The position numbers and the translations under genes are program-made. Under the pieces are notes generated by a model. That model saw only the letters and a program-made list of their open reading frames with translations, was not told where the DNA came from and did no database searches. Shown one piece after another: positions 8,964 through 21,814 of a stretch of DNA of 64,000 nt. The DNA is from Oikopleura dioica (lineage: Eukaryota; Animalia; Chordata): positions 13,082,001 to 13,146,000 of the forward strand of contig OU015568.1 of the NCBI GenBank assembly GCA_907165135.1, given 5' to 3'. Within the stretch, counting starts at the first letter, position 1. Every line of letters starts with the position of its first letter.

Positions 8964-11883
8964 ATGGTGCCTCTTTTACTTTTCCTTGGCTTTTTTCTTG
9001 GAGTGCGCTCGAAGGAGCTTCCGAATGTGAGAGGATCTTGTAGCGGAGAATTTAGAGAGCCAGAAGGAGAAATCGCCTCGATGAATTTTCCAGCTAATTC
9101 GTATCCTGCGTTGGCCAATTGATAAGGTTTTAACAACGGCGGTATATTTTTGAAGCTAGAAATGTTAAAATCCAAAGTGAGAGTGAATGGACAATAATTG
9201 CGAATTATAAGCAGAAAATCGAAATTACTTTTCTCTTTCTCGAGATAATGGACAGTCCCGGATGTTTCAACGATTACGTGGAGATAATTGATGGAGATCT
9301 AAGTCTTGGTCGCTTCTGTGGAGAAAATCCGGCTCTAGTGCCAATTCTAAGCAGCTCAAACAGACTTGTTTTTAAATTTGTATCAGATGAAAAAAATGAA
9401 GCCAGGGGATTTGCTCTCACGTACAAGTTTCTGTGGGGAGTACCAAATGTGATCAAATGCGACTTCGAGGGACAGGATCTCTGCCGTGGCTGGATACAAG
9501 ACCATTTTGACGAACTCGACTGGAAGATGCGATCAGGGCCGACGTCATCGCCGAATACGGGACCTCAAGAAGGCGTCGATAATTCTAGTTATGCTTATAT
9601 GGAAGCTTCAGCTCCGGCGACATATGGCGACTCAGCGCAACTGATAAGCGCGTTCATGTTCATGGTTCCTGGAGAGCTCTACTGCCTTCGTTTCCATTAT
9701 CACATGTTTGGAAGAGAAATCGGAACATTACAAGTCTACGCGACAGAAAGAGGCTTCAACGTCGGGAAAAGACTGATTTGGAGTCGAACTGGGAATCAGG
9801 GCGATCAGTGGAAAATCGCAACAGTACCAATAACAGGAAGGGTTCAACGCAACGCAAAAGTTTGATCGTTTCTTATAATCGATGCTAATCTTTGCACGAA
9901 CTTTTAAACAGTTGTCATGCCCAATTACAACCAGGTTCTTTTCAAAGCGATCCGAGGAGGGAGTTACGAGGGCGATATCGGCTTAGATAATGTTCATGTT
10001 CGGAAGGGAAGATGCGAAATTGGCGAAAATGTTTCTTTTTGGGAAGAAGAAGAGGAAATTTCAGCAGATGCTTTATCAGAATCAATCCAAACCGAGTCTG
10101 AAGACGACAAAGATCAGAATTCAGAACAGTTAAATGCCTTTTCATTTTCATATTTCAATGCCTAAATTTTAGAGAGGCAGATGATAATAAGTAGGGTAAA
10201 TCACTAATATTTGAGCTCTTTTTTGGGCTTTGTAGAAGAGGCATATAATACCTTTTTATAATCCCCAGAAGCTGAGGATCATTTTGACTATTGATAGTGG
10301 GGGGTCATCTCGTACCCTGAGGGCATTTTGGTACCCCAAAAGTCCCAAAATATGGGTCGCCACTGAAAATGTAACGAATGTAACGAATGTAACGGATGTA
10401 ACGAATGTAACGAATTTACTGAAAATGTAACGAAGACAGAGACATGTTGTTGTTAATCAGCTGATTCTAGAAACTTTTTCCAAAAAGCGATATTCTGGAG
10501 CATCATTTCAAACGACATTAGAACACCTCTAAAAGAGCAAATAAATTAAAAAAAGTGCTCAGTAGTAATTTAAAAAGGTTTATTATCTGATTGAGTTTGT
10601 CTCTTAGAGATAAATCCACTGAAAACGCCCGCTCCGCGGGTGAAATGGTAGGAAACTCAAGGGGTGAAATAAGAAAAACAAAAAATCTCTAGAATTTTAC
10701 TGAAAATGTAACGAGAAAAAGACATGTTTTTGTTGTTTTTGATGTTTTCGTTACATTCGTTACATTCGTTACATTTTCAGTGCCGTCGAAAATATGCCCA
10801 ACTTCGGAAATTCGGATTTTCGAGGCCGTAACTAAGCTTTTTAGACGGAGCTATCTATACCAGCTTGTTGCTCAGGCTCTGACGGTCATTTTGAGGGGTA
10901 GAAAAGTATGTCCCGGGCTACTCTAGAAAGTGGTGGAGGTGGTGCAAAGCTGGGGTCAAGACCAAGAGTCCAGCTAAAATGAACTCTTATATGATTTAAA
11001 TACAGTAACACTTTAAAAAAGCAACTGTAAATACATAATTAATCACCCGAGGTCAACTTGGGGTCACTCGGGGTCATCTGGGGTCAAGTTGGGAGTGTTA
11101 TTTAATTAAAGACGTATTTTTTAAATCTTGACCTTAGATGACCCCGAGTGACCCCAAGTTGACCTCGGGTGACCAATTATGTATTAACAGTTACTTTTTT
11201 AAAGTGTTACTGTATTTAAATCACGTAAGAGTTCATTTTAGCTGTACTTCCGGTCTTGACCCCAGCTTTGCACCACCTCCACCACTTTCTAGAGTAGCCC
11301 GGGACATACTTTTCTACCCCTCAAAATGACCGTCAGAGCCTGAGCTACAAGCTGGTATAGATAGCTCCGTCTAAAAAGCTTAGTTACGGCCTCGAAAATA
11401 GTCAAAATGATCCTCAGCTTCTGGGGATTATAAAAAGGTATTATATGCCTACTCTACTTAGCAAGTAAAAAAGTGGAAAATATTAGTGATTTACCCTAAT
11501 AATAAGAAAGAATTCGAGTGGTTCCTCCCAACAACAACTCAACTCACCACTCAGCCCACTACGCTCGACACGACTGTTTCTTCGAGCTACGAGTACTACA
11601 AGACGTATTCGATTTTGAGAGAGCCAGCAGAAGTTCTTGATTGCGGTGGAACCTCGTATAATTCAACAACTCATTCTTGTTGCGGAGGAAATATTAAAGA
11701 AACGCACCCTTGGGTAAGTGAGAATTCCGATAAAAAATTGAACTAAGAAATTAGCTGAAATGCTGCATCAACGAATTCTACTCGACACAAGTGAAGGGAT
11801 GCTGCGGCAATACAGTTTTCTACCGACGACGAGAAAAATGCTGCTTTGGCTATTTAGTAGACCCTTCAACGAATTGCGGTTAA
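8964..11883 (+). CDS. Secreted CUB + MAM domain protein with acidic/Thr-rich linker and C-terminal di-cysteine (galaxin-like) repeats; one exon interrupted by element C
   Basis: Signal peptide MVPLLLFLGFFLGVRS. CUB domain (CSGEF..IASMNFP..YP; CFNDYVEI..LGRFCG). MAM domain (CDFE..CRGWIQD..DW..TGP..YMEAS..CLRFHYHMFG..IGLDNV). Tail HSCCGG/KCCIN/GCCGN/KCCFG..CG*. Confidence 0.85.
10192..11498. mobile_element. Palindromic hAT-type foldback MITE C (contains a nested insertion)
   Basis: Ends TAGGGTAAATCACTAATA...TATTAGTGATTTACCCTA. Perfect 8-bp TSD ATAATAAG (10184-10191 and 11499-11506). Subterminal blocks shared with elements A and D. Confidence 0.92.
10355..10788. mobile_element. Nested 434-bp TIR element inside MITE C
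   Basis: 8-bp TSD AAAATATG (10347-10354 and 10789-10796). Inverted ends CACTGAAAATGTAACG(AATGTAACG)n, with the outer 6 bp imperfect. Confidence 0.8.
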
Positions 11884-11970
11884 CCTGTTCCCAATTCTGT
11901 TCTCTCATTCATTCGCAAGTAACAATACGGAAAAATAAAATGCTCAAAAATGAAAGTCTCGCCTCTCTAG

Positions 11971-11983
11971 GTCGCCTAGCAAC
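11971..11983. promoter_or_regulatory. RFX X-box upstream of RSPH9
   Basis: GTCGCC-T-AGCAAC matches GTNRCC(N0-3)RGYAAC, about 140 bp before a motile-cilia gene. Confidence 0.65.
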
Positions 11984-12125
11984 GCTGAGTCACATTTGAG
12001 TTGAAAAATCTCAAATTTTGGAAGTTGTTGATTTTCCCATTTTTTCTCTAGAACGCGAGTCCTCATCAGCTGTTATTCTCATTCAAATCAATCAGTTTCA
12101 TTCTAAGTAAGAAAAATAGAGAGAA

Positions 12126-13583
12126 ATGGACGCTGATACGCTACCAGTTGGACTCCAGGAGCTCGCCGGTTTTGGCAGAGGACTTACTCAGGTCAAGGTT
12201 ATTAAATATCTGCTTTGATTGGCGGTCTTTTAGGAAATTTTATTTATAATTTTATAACCTCGTAAAAGTCTCAGAAGTCCTCAATCCACACATCGCTTAT
12301 CATTACTCAATCACAGAACAAATTCAGCGCCATTAGATTCTGGGGTACCATCAGTGGAATCAAAGAGGACTACTTCATCGTATATGGTATAAATAAGGAT
12401 GAACTCAATGGAAGGAAATACATGTACAGGTACCATCAAACTTGGTCTTTCCATCTTTGAGAGCAAATTCAAGCCTTAACTGCATGGACTGGCATTTGCT
12501 CCAGGATCCGTCAGAAGAAACTATGACCAAGACTGACGTTATCCGAGGCCGATTTATTGGAGATCCAAGTTATGAGGTACTAGCAGTTCTCTTTATTATC
12601 TCTAACGATTTTTCAGTATGAACACGTTGACGTCCAGCGAATCGGCGAAGGTGATGACGCTCATGATGAAGAAACTGTTTTCACCATCAAGGTTTGACCA
12701 GCTATTGAAAACAGCCCTATTTCTGTTTTGTAGGAGGAAGATCGACTGTCCGCGATTGTCCACCGAATCACCGCCGAATTCATCGTTCCCCGGGGCGCAC
12801 TCCTCCAAGCTCCCAACGGCGTCGTTTACAAAAACAACGTAAGTTCTAGAGAAATACCTAAAGCCTTGACAAATTATCAAGGGATACTTTGGACACAACG
12901 AATCTGACAGTGCTCATTTGTCGACTTGGTTTCACTTCCGAAAGGACGCCAAGCACGTCGTTCCCAAAGTCACCGACTTTGCTGATGCTGACCCCGCAGT
13001 CGGTAAGTGAAACTCGTTTTGAACATCTCTTAATTTGCCAAAAATGTTAATCCAATGATGAGCTAAACGCGCGGTCGCAGAGTGGCCACAATGTGACATT
13101 GCCGTTTAATAACGGTAATTGTTTAGAGCGATTTTAGAGCCACTAACTCAATCACTAATTCGCTCACTTTTGGAATAATCGCCTTCGCACGCTGCTCAAT
13201 TTTTAATTTTCTCGAACTTGAAATTATCGGCTCATCTGGCCCGATCAGCGGGAGATGATCTGATAGCAAAGTTTGGTCGAAAAGCACGAAACTTGACGGG
13301 TTTATCTTACCCTGAAAAAACAGCGTACTTTAATCGAACCTGTTTAGACTTCTTGGCGACGATCGAAAACGACATTCCAAACGGCATTTGGTCCGTCCAG
13401 AACCAAAATGGCAAGAGCATAATTTTGAAAAACCTTCACTGGATTGGTCTTGTTGCTTACACCGTCCCTGACACTCGGTAAGACTGCGCAAAATTCACTT
13501 ACTTCAGTGTTCTCTTCAGACTTTACGGATGCGCTTACTTCGGAACTGGTGAGCCCAACTACGATCTTCCCTTCATGCTCTGA
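12126..13583 (+). CDS. RSPH9: Radial spoke head protein 9
   Basis: IRFWGTISGIKEDYFIVYG, GRFIGDPSYEYEH, IKEEDRLSAIV..IVPRGA, DIPNGIWSVQ..LKNLHWIG, YFGTGEPNYDLPFML*. Confidence 0.93.
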
Positions 13584-13731
13584 ATTTGAAGAAGAAGAAA
13601 CTGCGAGATTTGAGTAACTTGAGTACCTGTACAAAACCTAAATATATTTTCTTATTATTAAACTTCTCCTTTTACTACTCTCTTTTTTTCAATTTTAATC
13701 ATTTTAGAAGGTATCATCGGAATCGGGAAAA

Positions 13732-16444
13732 ATGCCGAAGAAAGCGCCAAAAATGACTGAAGAGGAGCGACTCCAGTGGGAGCAGGATAAAGCCGCTGCC
13801 GAAGCTGAAGCCGAGGTACTTATTGCTTCAGAATTGCAGTAACGTTCCCAGTAAATCCGTGTCACGTTGAGCAGCAAGCTTCATTCTAATTTGCTCAAGA
13901 ATCCATGGGAGCGAATTTTAAAAATTCAGAGTTTACCAGTTTGGAATTAATCGGAATGTTTCTAGCGCGCGGAAAAGGAAATGATCCTCAATTACATGAA
14001 GGACAAGTTCGCCAGAGAGGAGAAATACTCAAAGCTCAACAATAAAAAACTCATTGGTAAGTCTATTATCTGATATCTATCAGTTTCAGTTTCAAAGAAA
14101 AATAATTTCTTATTTTTTCTAAAATCATTATTCGCGACAGTTTTTCGTGTTGTCTAACTAAGAAAGTCGCCTTTGCATCTGGGCAGAAACACATAAACAA
14201 ACAACAAAAACGAAACGATTAAATATAAATGTTTGACGTGGAACTAGCCTCACCTGACAGCTTCGGAAAAGTAGGGCGACTAATTGAGCCCTTGAAACTG
14301 GTTATTAAAAGTCGTCTTATCGAATGCTCATTGATGAATTTTCTTAAGAAAAATGGAGGAGCATAATGCGCCAGTCAAAGTCGGCAGAATTGAAGAAAGA
14401 GCTGGAGATTCTGTCGCACACTTTTGAGCGAATCATGGACAGGAAAGATGCAGTAATTCAGCAGCTAGCTCGTGATCTGGAAGAATCAGAAGAGCAGAGT
14501 AGAATTGCTACTCGAGCTCATCAAAGGCACGGTTGAAAAGCTCGCGAATGACCCTTGCGCGAATGTTTATAAATCTAGATCCAAATATTTTTAAATTCTT
14601 AAAGCTGCGAATCTCCTCTTAAGCAGAGTTGAAGTGACACTTTTGCCAAGGTTTAATTCCTTTCCTAAGACCGGCCGGATGGCGACTGGATCCTCGGACA
14701 GCTCAGTTTTTCGTTGAGCTTTCTGACGAAACGAGCTTTCGAGGATTTACACAGGCAGTTTTTAATCGTGAAAAAGGAACCTGCAAAAGCTGATTTCAAT
14801 CCAGAACGCGGCTGTCAATGACCAGCAGGATCGCTACAACGAGGAGATCAACATGGAAACGAGCAATTTCGATGAAACGGCGCAGACCTACGTTGACAAG
14901 GTATTTTCCTAATACATTTAACAACGTGCCCGCAAAACGGAATTCGCGGCAATAAGTGTTTGTTTGTAGACGGAGAAGTCGGATCATGACTTCGACACGA
15001 TGATGTGCGCGCTTGAACAAACTCATATTGATAAAACGAGCAAGTTAAAACAAGGTCGGCTTTTGAATTCAAACTTTAATAAAAGTGATGATCTTTTAGA
15101 ATTTCAATCGCTGCGTGATGAAATTAAAAACAACACTCAAGATGAGAAACACGCGCTGCGCATTTCCTTGGAGGCGGCGGTGGAGAAGCTCTTCAAAATG
15201 TTCCAACAAGCACAAAAGGTGAGTTTGATTTCATTCGCCCATGCCAAAACACGTCGGCCGGCTAATGCGACGCGAACGAAATTTAATTTCAGCGACTCGT
15301 ATACGCAAAGCGTTCAATAGAATTCTCAATTTAGGACTATGACAACTCGACCTTGGAGCGACGCAAAGAATTCGAAAAACTCCAAGCCAAAGATGCAAAG
15401 TCCTCAGCGGAGATTGAGCTGCAAATGAACAAACTCGCCAAAATTCAAGAAAATATAAACATCGTCAAGCAAAAAATGGTCAATAACACTAAAGGTAACT
15501 GGGATTAAATATCTTGCTTCTTAGCGACATCATCATAATTCGTTGTATGTTTTGAACATCGTAACAGCAAGGCGTTTTACAGGATTATGAGTAGACGAGC
15601 AACAACAAACGTGTGCTTAACCTTAATAAAGAGAGAGCAATTTGCTTAATTAATAATTATAGACAGATATGTATATCTAAATATTCGATAAGAAATGTAT
15701 TCTTAATTTAGCTGTTTTTATCAATAAAACTGATAAAAACGTGAGCAGGCCAACTGACAATCTCTTTTCAGAATATGAAGAAAAACATGCCGGTCTGAAA
15801 GAAAACAAGGATCATCTGCAAACGCATTTCCGCGTCCTGCGAACCGAAATGAGCAAGCAGCGAAATAAAGAACGGGAAATGCTAACGAAATTAACCCTTG
15901 CATCAGAAGAAGCACTCAAAAGGCAGAAAAGCATTGACGAAAAGGTATTTTTATAAATTTTATTTTTTGTTTGAAGATTATTTTAGGCTTCTAAAATCTT
16001 GAAAATAGGCGAAATGTGCCGAAAACTCGAGACAGAGGAAGAGCAAGTTCTTCCATTTGGCATCGTTCCACCTACTCCTCGTTCTGAAGAGGAGGACAAG
16101 TCGTTAGACGATGGCAAGCCGAACCCCTCACTGAAATCGTCAAAGATTATGAGCAGCTCGAGGGCTTCTGGAGAAGATACAACAAGGTCAAGCTTGATAG
16201 ACTTGCTTTAGAAGCCGAAAAGGTTTCTCTCGAAGAGGAAAACATGACATTGAGAAGCGTGCTCAAGCAGTATCTCGATGGCGTTTCGGTCAACTCAGAG
16301 ACGCTGAAGGAGCCTAATCCGTTGTTCGTCGTGAATCAAAGGACGAATGTCAAATTCGAAGTACCACAAGTCGACCCACGGGTCAAGAAGCCAGTGGTCA
16401 CTGTCGTCGAAGCGGCCCACGCTGTCAAGCACACGCATTCCTGA
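13732..16444 (+). CDS. DRC2: Dynein regulatory complex subunit 2 (CCDC65)
   Basis: MPKKAPKMTEEERL; KWRSIMRQSKSAELKKELEILSHTFERIMDRKDAVI; EMCRKLETEEEQVLPF; LKQYLDGVSVNSETLKEPNPLFVVN. Confidence 0.9.
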
Positions 16445-16893
16445 ATCCAACCTGTATCATAACTTTATATTTATAAATAAAAGATATATTTTTGTAACGC
16501 CTAGCGATGTTCGTCCCGTGTTATCTTTTGGGCGGTTAAATGTGAGAGGTCTAAGATGGCATCGTGGAGAAATATTTTAGAAATAAGAAATGCATGTTTA
16601 CGTTTTATGAAAAGCAGGAACCAATTATCCCTCATGCCAAGAGCAAGTTCCGTAAAAATTACTCCCAATTTGCATAAGCATTTTTCTTCCGTGAAGTAGA
16701 GGCCGTCTTGAGAATTCCTACTGAATATTTCGTTCCACGTCTTTTAGGTTAGCAAAATTTTTAAAACGCAGCAAATTCTTAATCGTTGTAATTGATTTTG
16801 ACTTTTCGAGGGGCGACGAGAGCGCTAGAAATCAGAATAATTATGTGTTCGCCGAAAGATGCTCAATATTATCCTTATCAGAGCGAGGTTGGC

Positions 16894-16907
16894 GTTGTTA
16901 TGGCAAC
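16894..16907. promoter_or_regulatory. X-box-like motif upstream of the DnaJ gene
   Basis: GTTGTTATGGCAAC, about 90 bp before the ATG at 16994. Confidence 0.5.
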
Positions 16908-16993
16908 AGGATGACTAACAATTTCGAGAACGTGGTCTTATTTTCTTTGCACTAGTTTTTATTCCTACAGTTCTTGCCCTTCCTCGACGAAAA

Positions 16994-18325
16994 ATGACCC
17001 ATTACGACACCCTTGGGGTGCGGAAGACAGCCTCCGATCAGGATATAAAGGTCTGAATTTCTTAAAAACCGCTGTTTGATTTTGAAATTAAGAGAGCGTA
17101 CAGGAGACTCGCACTTGAATTTCACCCTGATAAAAACAAGGGTTCTCTCAGGTATTGTCGAATTGTCCAAAAGTATTGTATCAGAATGTAGCGCCGAGCG
17201 AAAATTCAAAGAAATCTCGGAAGCGTACCAAGTACTTTCGGATGAAGGCAGACGGAGGGAATATGATGAGGAGATACGATCAGCACCGTTTGGGCGGGCT
17301 CCTCCGCCAAGGCGAAACTTCTCTTCCCCCGACGAGATGCCTAGTTTCCGCGCGAGACGTAATCCAAACCACCGTTTCACCATGTTAGACCCGATGGACT
17401 TGTTCAAAAGTTTCTTCGGAGCAGATTTCGGCTCTACTTTTTTCAAGAGCGATCCCTTCTTCAGCGATGTTCGAGAGTCTTTTAATCCCCAAGGGTCTAC
17501 TTCACGATTCCCAACTCGGGATCCATTCGATGATCCTTTCTTTCGGGACCCGTTTATGTCTTCATTTCGCGAGGTCGAGAGTCAACTTCAAGGGAGGGTT
17601 GTCAAAACATACCGCCTATATGATGATCACAAATCTCATTCAGTTATAATTCAGAGGAAATCGCGTTTTCACACGAAATAAAAAAATCGAAAAATTAGAC
17701 AACTTTCGTTAGGGGCAAATTGGCCGACAATGTCTAAGGGCCTCGAAAATCCACAGTATCACTCTGATGCGCCAGGTTAGTGAGCTTTAGGTAAAGTGAA
17801 CAGAAGTATGAGTACATTTTTGAGATTAGTGAAAAGTGATACTACTAATAGTCTACAATTGTCGGCGCAAAACTGAGTAACGTCCTTTTCTAGTGAAGCG
17901 TTCGGAGGGAGCTTTAGGATCAATCGGCGGCGGCTTTTCTAGGTAATTTGGCCTCTTAGCTTGAACGCTTCTGATTGCCGGGCTCAGTTTCAGCTCCTCC
18001 TTTGATGACGACTTTTTCAACTCAATCAAAAGACAAACTACTTCCGGAGACAAGGGTGAGCCCCCACGTGGAAGCTTCCAATCCTACTCCTACCACTACT
18101 CGAATATCAACGGCGACAAGAAGGAAGTAAAGGTTTGTTTAACAACACACAGAAACGCTGGACGTTATCTATTCTGTTCCTCTTATGCTAATTTTTCAGG
18201 CGAAAAATATTAATGGAAAGAAATCGTTTCAAAAAATTCATAACGGAGAGGTTGTTGATGAGCGATTTGAGGATCAAGGAGCATCGTCGATTCATGGAAG
18301 ATCACGTGGAAATGCTCTTCGATAA
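16994..18325 (+). CDS. DnaJ/Hsp40 class B protein (DNAJB6/B8/B2-like)
   Basis: J-domain MTHYDTLGV..AYRRLALEFHPDKN..KFKEISEAYQVLSD. F/D/P-rich linker (DPFF repeats). Spliced C-terminal exons (17715-17775, 17894-17942, 17994-18132, 18200-18325) give SFQSYSYHYSNINGDKKEVK. Confidence 0.8.
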
Positions 18326-18555
18326 ATAATCTGATTGAATTTCACTTGAATAAAGGATTTCTCTGTTTTTTATTTTGTTTTAAAAAGTCTCTAAAACATC
18401 GATTTTTCACCTTTGAAAATTTAGAAATTACCGCGCAGATAATCAGATTTCTGTCATCATCGTCGTATCTAAATTCTGAAAAGGGTCTGATTCTCTCGGC
18501 GCCCTGATTGGCCACGGGAAGAAAGACACCTCGGTAGATTGGCTCGAGGTGGAAA

Positions 18556-21500
18556 ATGTTCAGGCAGCGGCTCAAGAGAAAGCACTAGAAAATTAATGAT
18601 TATCTGAAACAATCGTAGAGATTTAGGCTAAGTTAAAAAAAAAATATATATATTTTGAACATTTATTATCAAAAATGTAATAGGTACGCACTGTTCTGTG
18701 TATTTTTTTCAAGAATAAAGAACTACCGTACATGAGCCGCAAAAAGACTACCTCGTCCGAATGCAATTCTTTCCATCGGTGTGCGCCATGTTCGCGGAGG
18801 TCGCGCTCCGTCGACAATGGACGAGATCCGCGCCCAAGATCCGTCCTTCGAAGTGAAAGGCTCAATCTCCCGAGAGCAGGTGGATCGGATTGTGCGAGCC
18901 CTACCAAAAGCCACCCGCATCCAAGCTTTAGAAAACACGGAGAAATACATTAACCAAAATTACCCCCAATCCGGATGGTCGGACCGCGAGAAGAGGCACA
19001 TTGCCAGAGAAACAATAGGTGAATTTCTAATTCTCAAATTGTTGATCATTCAAATTTTTCGAAATTGATCTCATTTCCTTTTCACTTGAAAAACTACATA
19101 AACTTGTCTTTTCCCGAAACACTTGCGGAGAGAATATTTCCTCCGACAATGCCAATTGCTGTATTTCCTATTAAACTCATCAGTATTCTAATAACGGTAA
19201 TCGTAACTCCTATAAAATAGCGCGTGCTGTGGTTGCTGAACGGCGTCAGCCCTGGCTCAAGGAATACCTTCTCACGAATGACGAGCGACTTCTTGGGTGA
19301 TTATTCAATAACTGTGGTTTCGGCTTTCTTAAGACGTCTCTTTTAGAAAAGAGAAGGATTACATCGAGCGCACGATAAAAACCATGGCACTGCAAGCTTG
19401 CATAGGAACCGTTCTCACTTAAATTCATGTTCTCAATTTTAAGAATCGAACACAGTTTTCAACAGGTGTTTCGCTCATAAAATCCACGAATTAAAACAAA
19501 CAATCGGGGACCATAAATCCTTTATTATTTCCGAGAATAAGGAATTATTTTCTGCTCGAAGAAAGTATTCACAATGCTGATAAGCTAGCCCGTTATAGCA
19601 ATTTTTAAGTGTATATATTATTTTTAAAACTCAGGCAAAGACCTGGGTGGTTAGATTTGAATATATTGATAATGGCAAATTCTCTGTCGACCATTGGCAA
19701 GAAAAACTCTTGATGATAGTCCAAGGATTGTGGAATTTTGGACTTCCTAGAGTCAACAGAATTGGAGTATTTTTTTCCTTAGCCTTATTTTCACTTCTCG
19801 ACGGACAATGCCAGGTCTAGTCGTCAATCTTTGGGATGTGGTAACGGCTGCGTTACGTTTAATTTGAGAACAAAGATAAAAAGAAGACGCTCATCATTCC
19901 CTGATCCGAGACGGTCTAGCAACAAACAAGCCAGTATCCTCCGTGAGTCGGAAACCCTTCGAGCCCGCGATGAAATATTTCGACCGTCTAACAATTGACC
20001 CCATCGTGGACGGCTTATTAAATCGGCAATTCCACGCGGACCCGTCCAACATTGAAATTCGATTTTGGAGCGCGAAAATTCCACTTTTGGGCGAATATTA
20101 CATCTCTAAACTCTTTCTAGGTAGACGAACGAGCCTTAATTGCCGCTTTTAGAGGTGGCGATAAGGGAAACACAAGTCGGATCACGTTTCTTGTACTTAG
20201 AAATTTTTCAGCTGCCATTTTCTGGGTCTTATTGAGTTGGCTTTGTATGCAACTGATGCCAGAAGGTGTAACGGAAAACGAATTCTATAACGCGCTTCGA
20301 ATGCCCTTGACTCGCGTATTCGACCCTAAAGGAGCGGATATTTGTTTTACTAATTTAAAGCTAGAATTGATTGGTGAAGATTAGACGCAACCACCGTATA
20401 TAACCACTTGAAAGTATTGAAAACTGCTTTCGTTTTGAGAGTGAGTGGTTTTCCTGTTTAGTTTAAAAATATCCACTGGAAAGACCGAGCCTCCCTGCCA
20501 ATCGGAAATGGCAGTTATCTGAATCCGGTGCTCATCGGCAATTTACCCGCGGACACTGAAATGCCTGGTCTGAGGTAAGCGAGTTAACAAAACGAGGAAA
20601 CTCAATACATGAACATTTGAAATAGAAATCTCTTTTTAACGAACATGTTACCGGCAAAAATGATTACCTAACAATGCACGAATGCGTATTTCTATAATAG
20701 AGTTTCGTTTGTTTTCTATCAGAGCTAAAAGCAGCTCCACTAACTCTCTCCCAACTTTCTTGTTAACAAGGTTGAAGGATTTGCATGATTCTATTCAAAG
20801 ACTACTGACGCATCGAAAAATAGAACTCCTCTTTTCTATTTGCTTGTTTCATCCCAAAATTGAATGAAATTGGAACCGCATACAATTAAAATTACTTCAA
20901 TACCAAATTAGATTCCCCAAATCTAATAATAATATTTGGATCTTGACCAAACAAGCAATTATTTCAGGAAAATCGAACGTGAAAGTCTTCCCGTAATTGA
21001 TGACTCTTGGTTTCACCAGGTTCAGTCTCGACTGCTCGTGGAATTCTACAAGCTTCAAAACGCTCTGGGAATCGGCGACAACAAAGGAATGGACGAAGAG
21101 AAGCTGCTTCAAGTGGAAAGGGACATTCCTGATTGGGTTGGCAATAGATACCTTTATTTTAACAGAGGGCTCAATCGACTTCAAGCTGAGAAAGCTTTGT
21201 TATCAGGTAAATATTTTCCGAAACGTGGTCGAAGTGATGAGCCCCTTGAAAATACATTAAAACTTAAATTAAACTAATCGTATTTGGAGACGAACGTGAT
21301 CCGATAATATTAATCCGATATGGCGAAAATACAGAAGCATATACTTTCTTGATCCTCGAGTCATTTTGAGAACAACAAGCTGACTTCCAGGGCGGGGCGT
21401 ATTTTTATATAAATCTGGCAGCTCTTTTAGGTATACGTAGCTTGGCATCCGCGACGCAAAATAGCATCCTCGAGCTCAATTCAAAAACCATGACTGATAT

Positions 21501-21613
21501 TTTGAGTTTATATAAACATAGTAATTTCAGGCTCCTCTCAGGAGCGAATGAGATTTAATAAGATACCTTGTAATTGAGTCTGAGGTGGACTCTTTCTGGA
21601 AGCTCTCCTCTAA
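18556..21613 (+). CDS. Multi-exon protein with Arg-rich presequence; weak resemblance to mitochondrial phosphatidate cytidylyltransferase Tam41/TAMM41
   Basis: MFRQRLK...RHVRG start; segments RIGVFF, NFSAAIF..LMPEGVTENEFY and NINPIWRKYRSIY recall Tam41. Exon structure uncertain. Confidence 0.35.
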
Positions 21614-21814
21614 ACTTTAGAGTCTAAAGTCTTTATGTTTTCAATTCTAGCTTTTGAAGTTTTGATCCAATTCTGAATCCAATCATTTTTAAAATAATCA
21701 ATTTGAGACTCGAGGATTCTTCGATGCTTTAAAATTTCTGAAAAGACGCTGAGAAATATGTTTTCGTAAATATTTTATATCGCAGCTTGTGACGCGAAAA
21801 TTACGGGTTAATCG

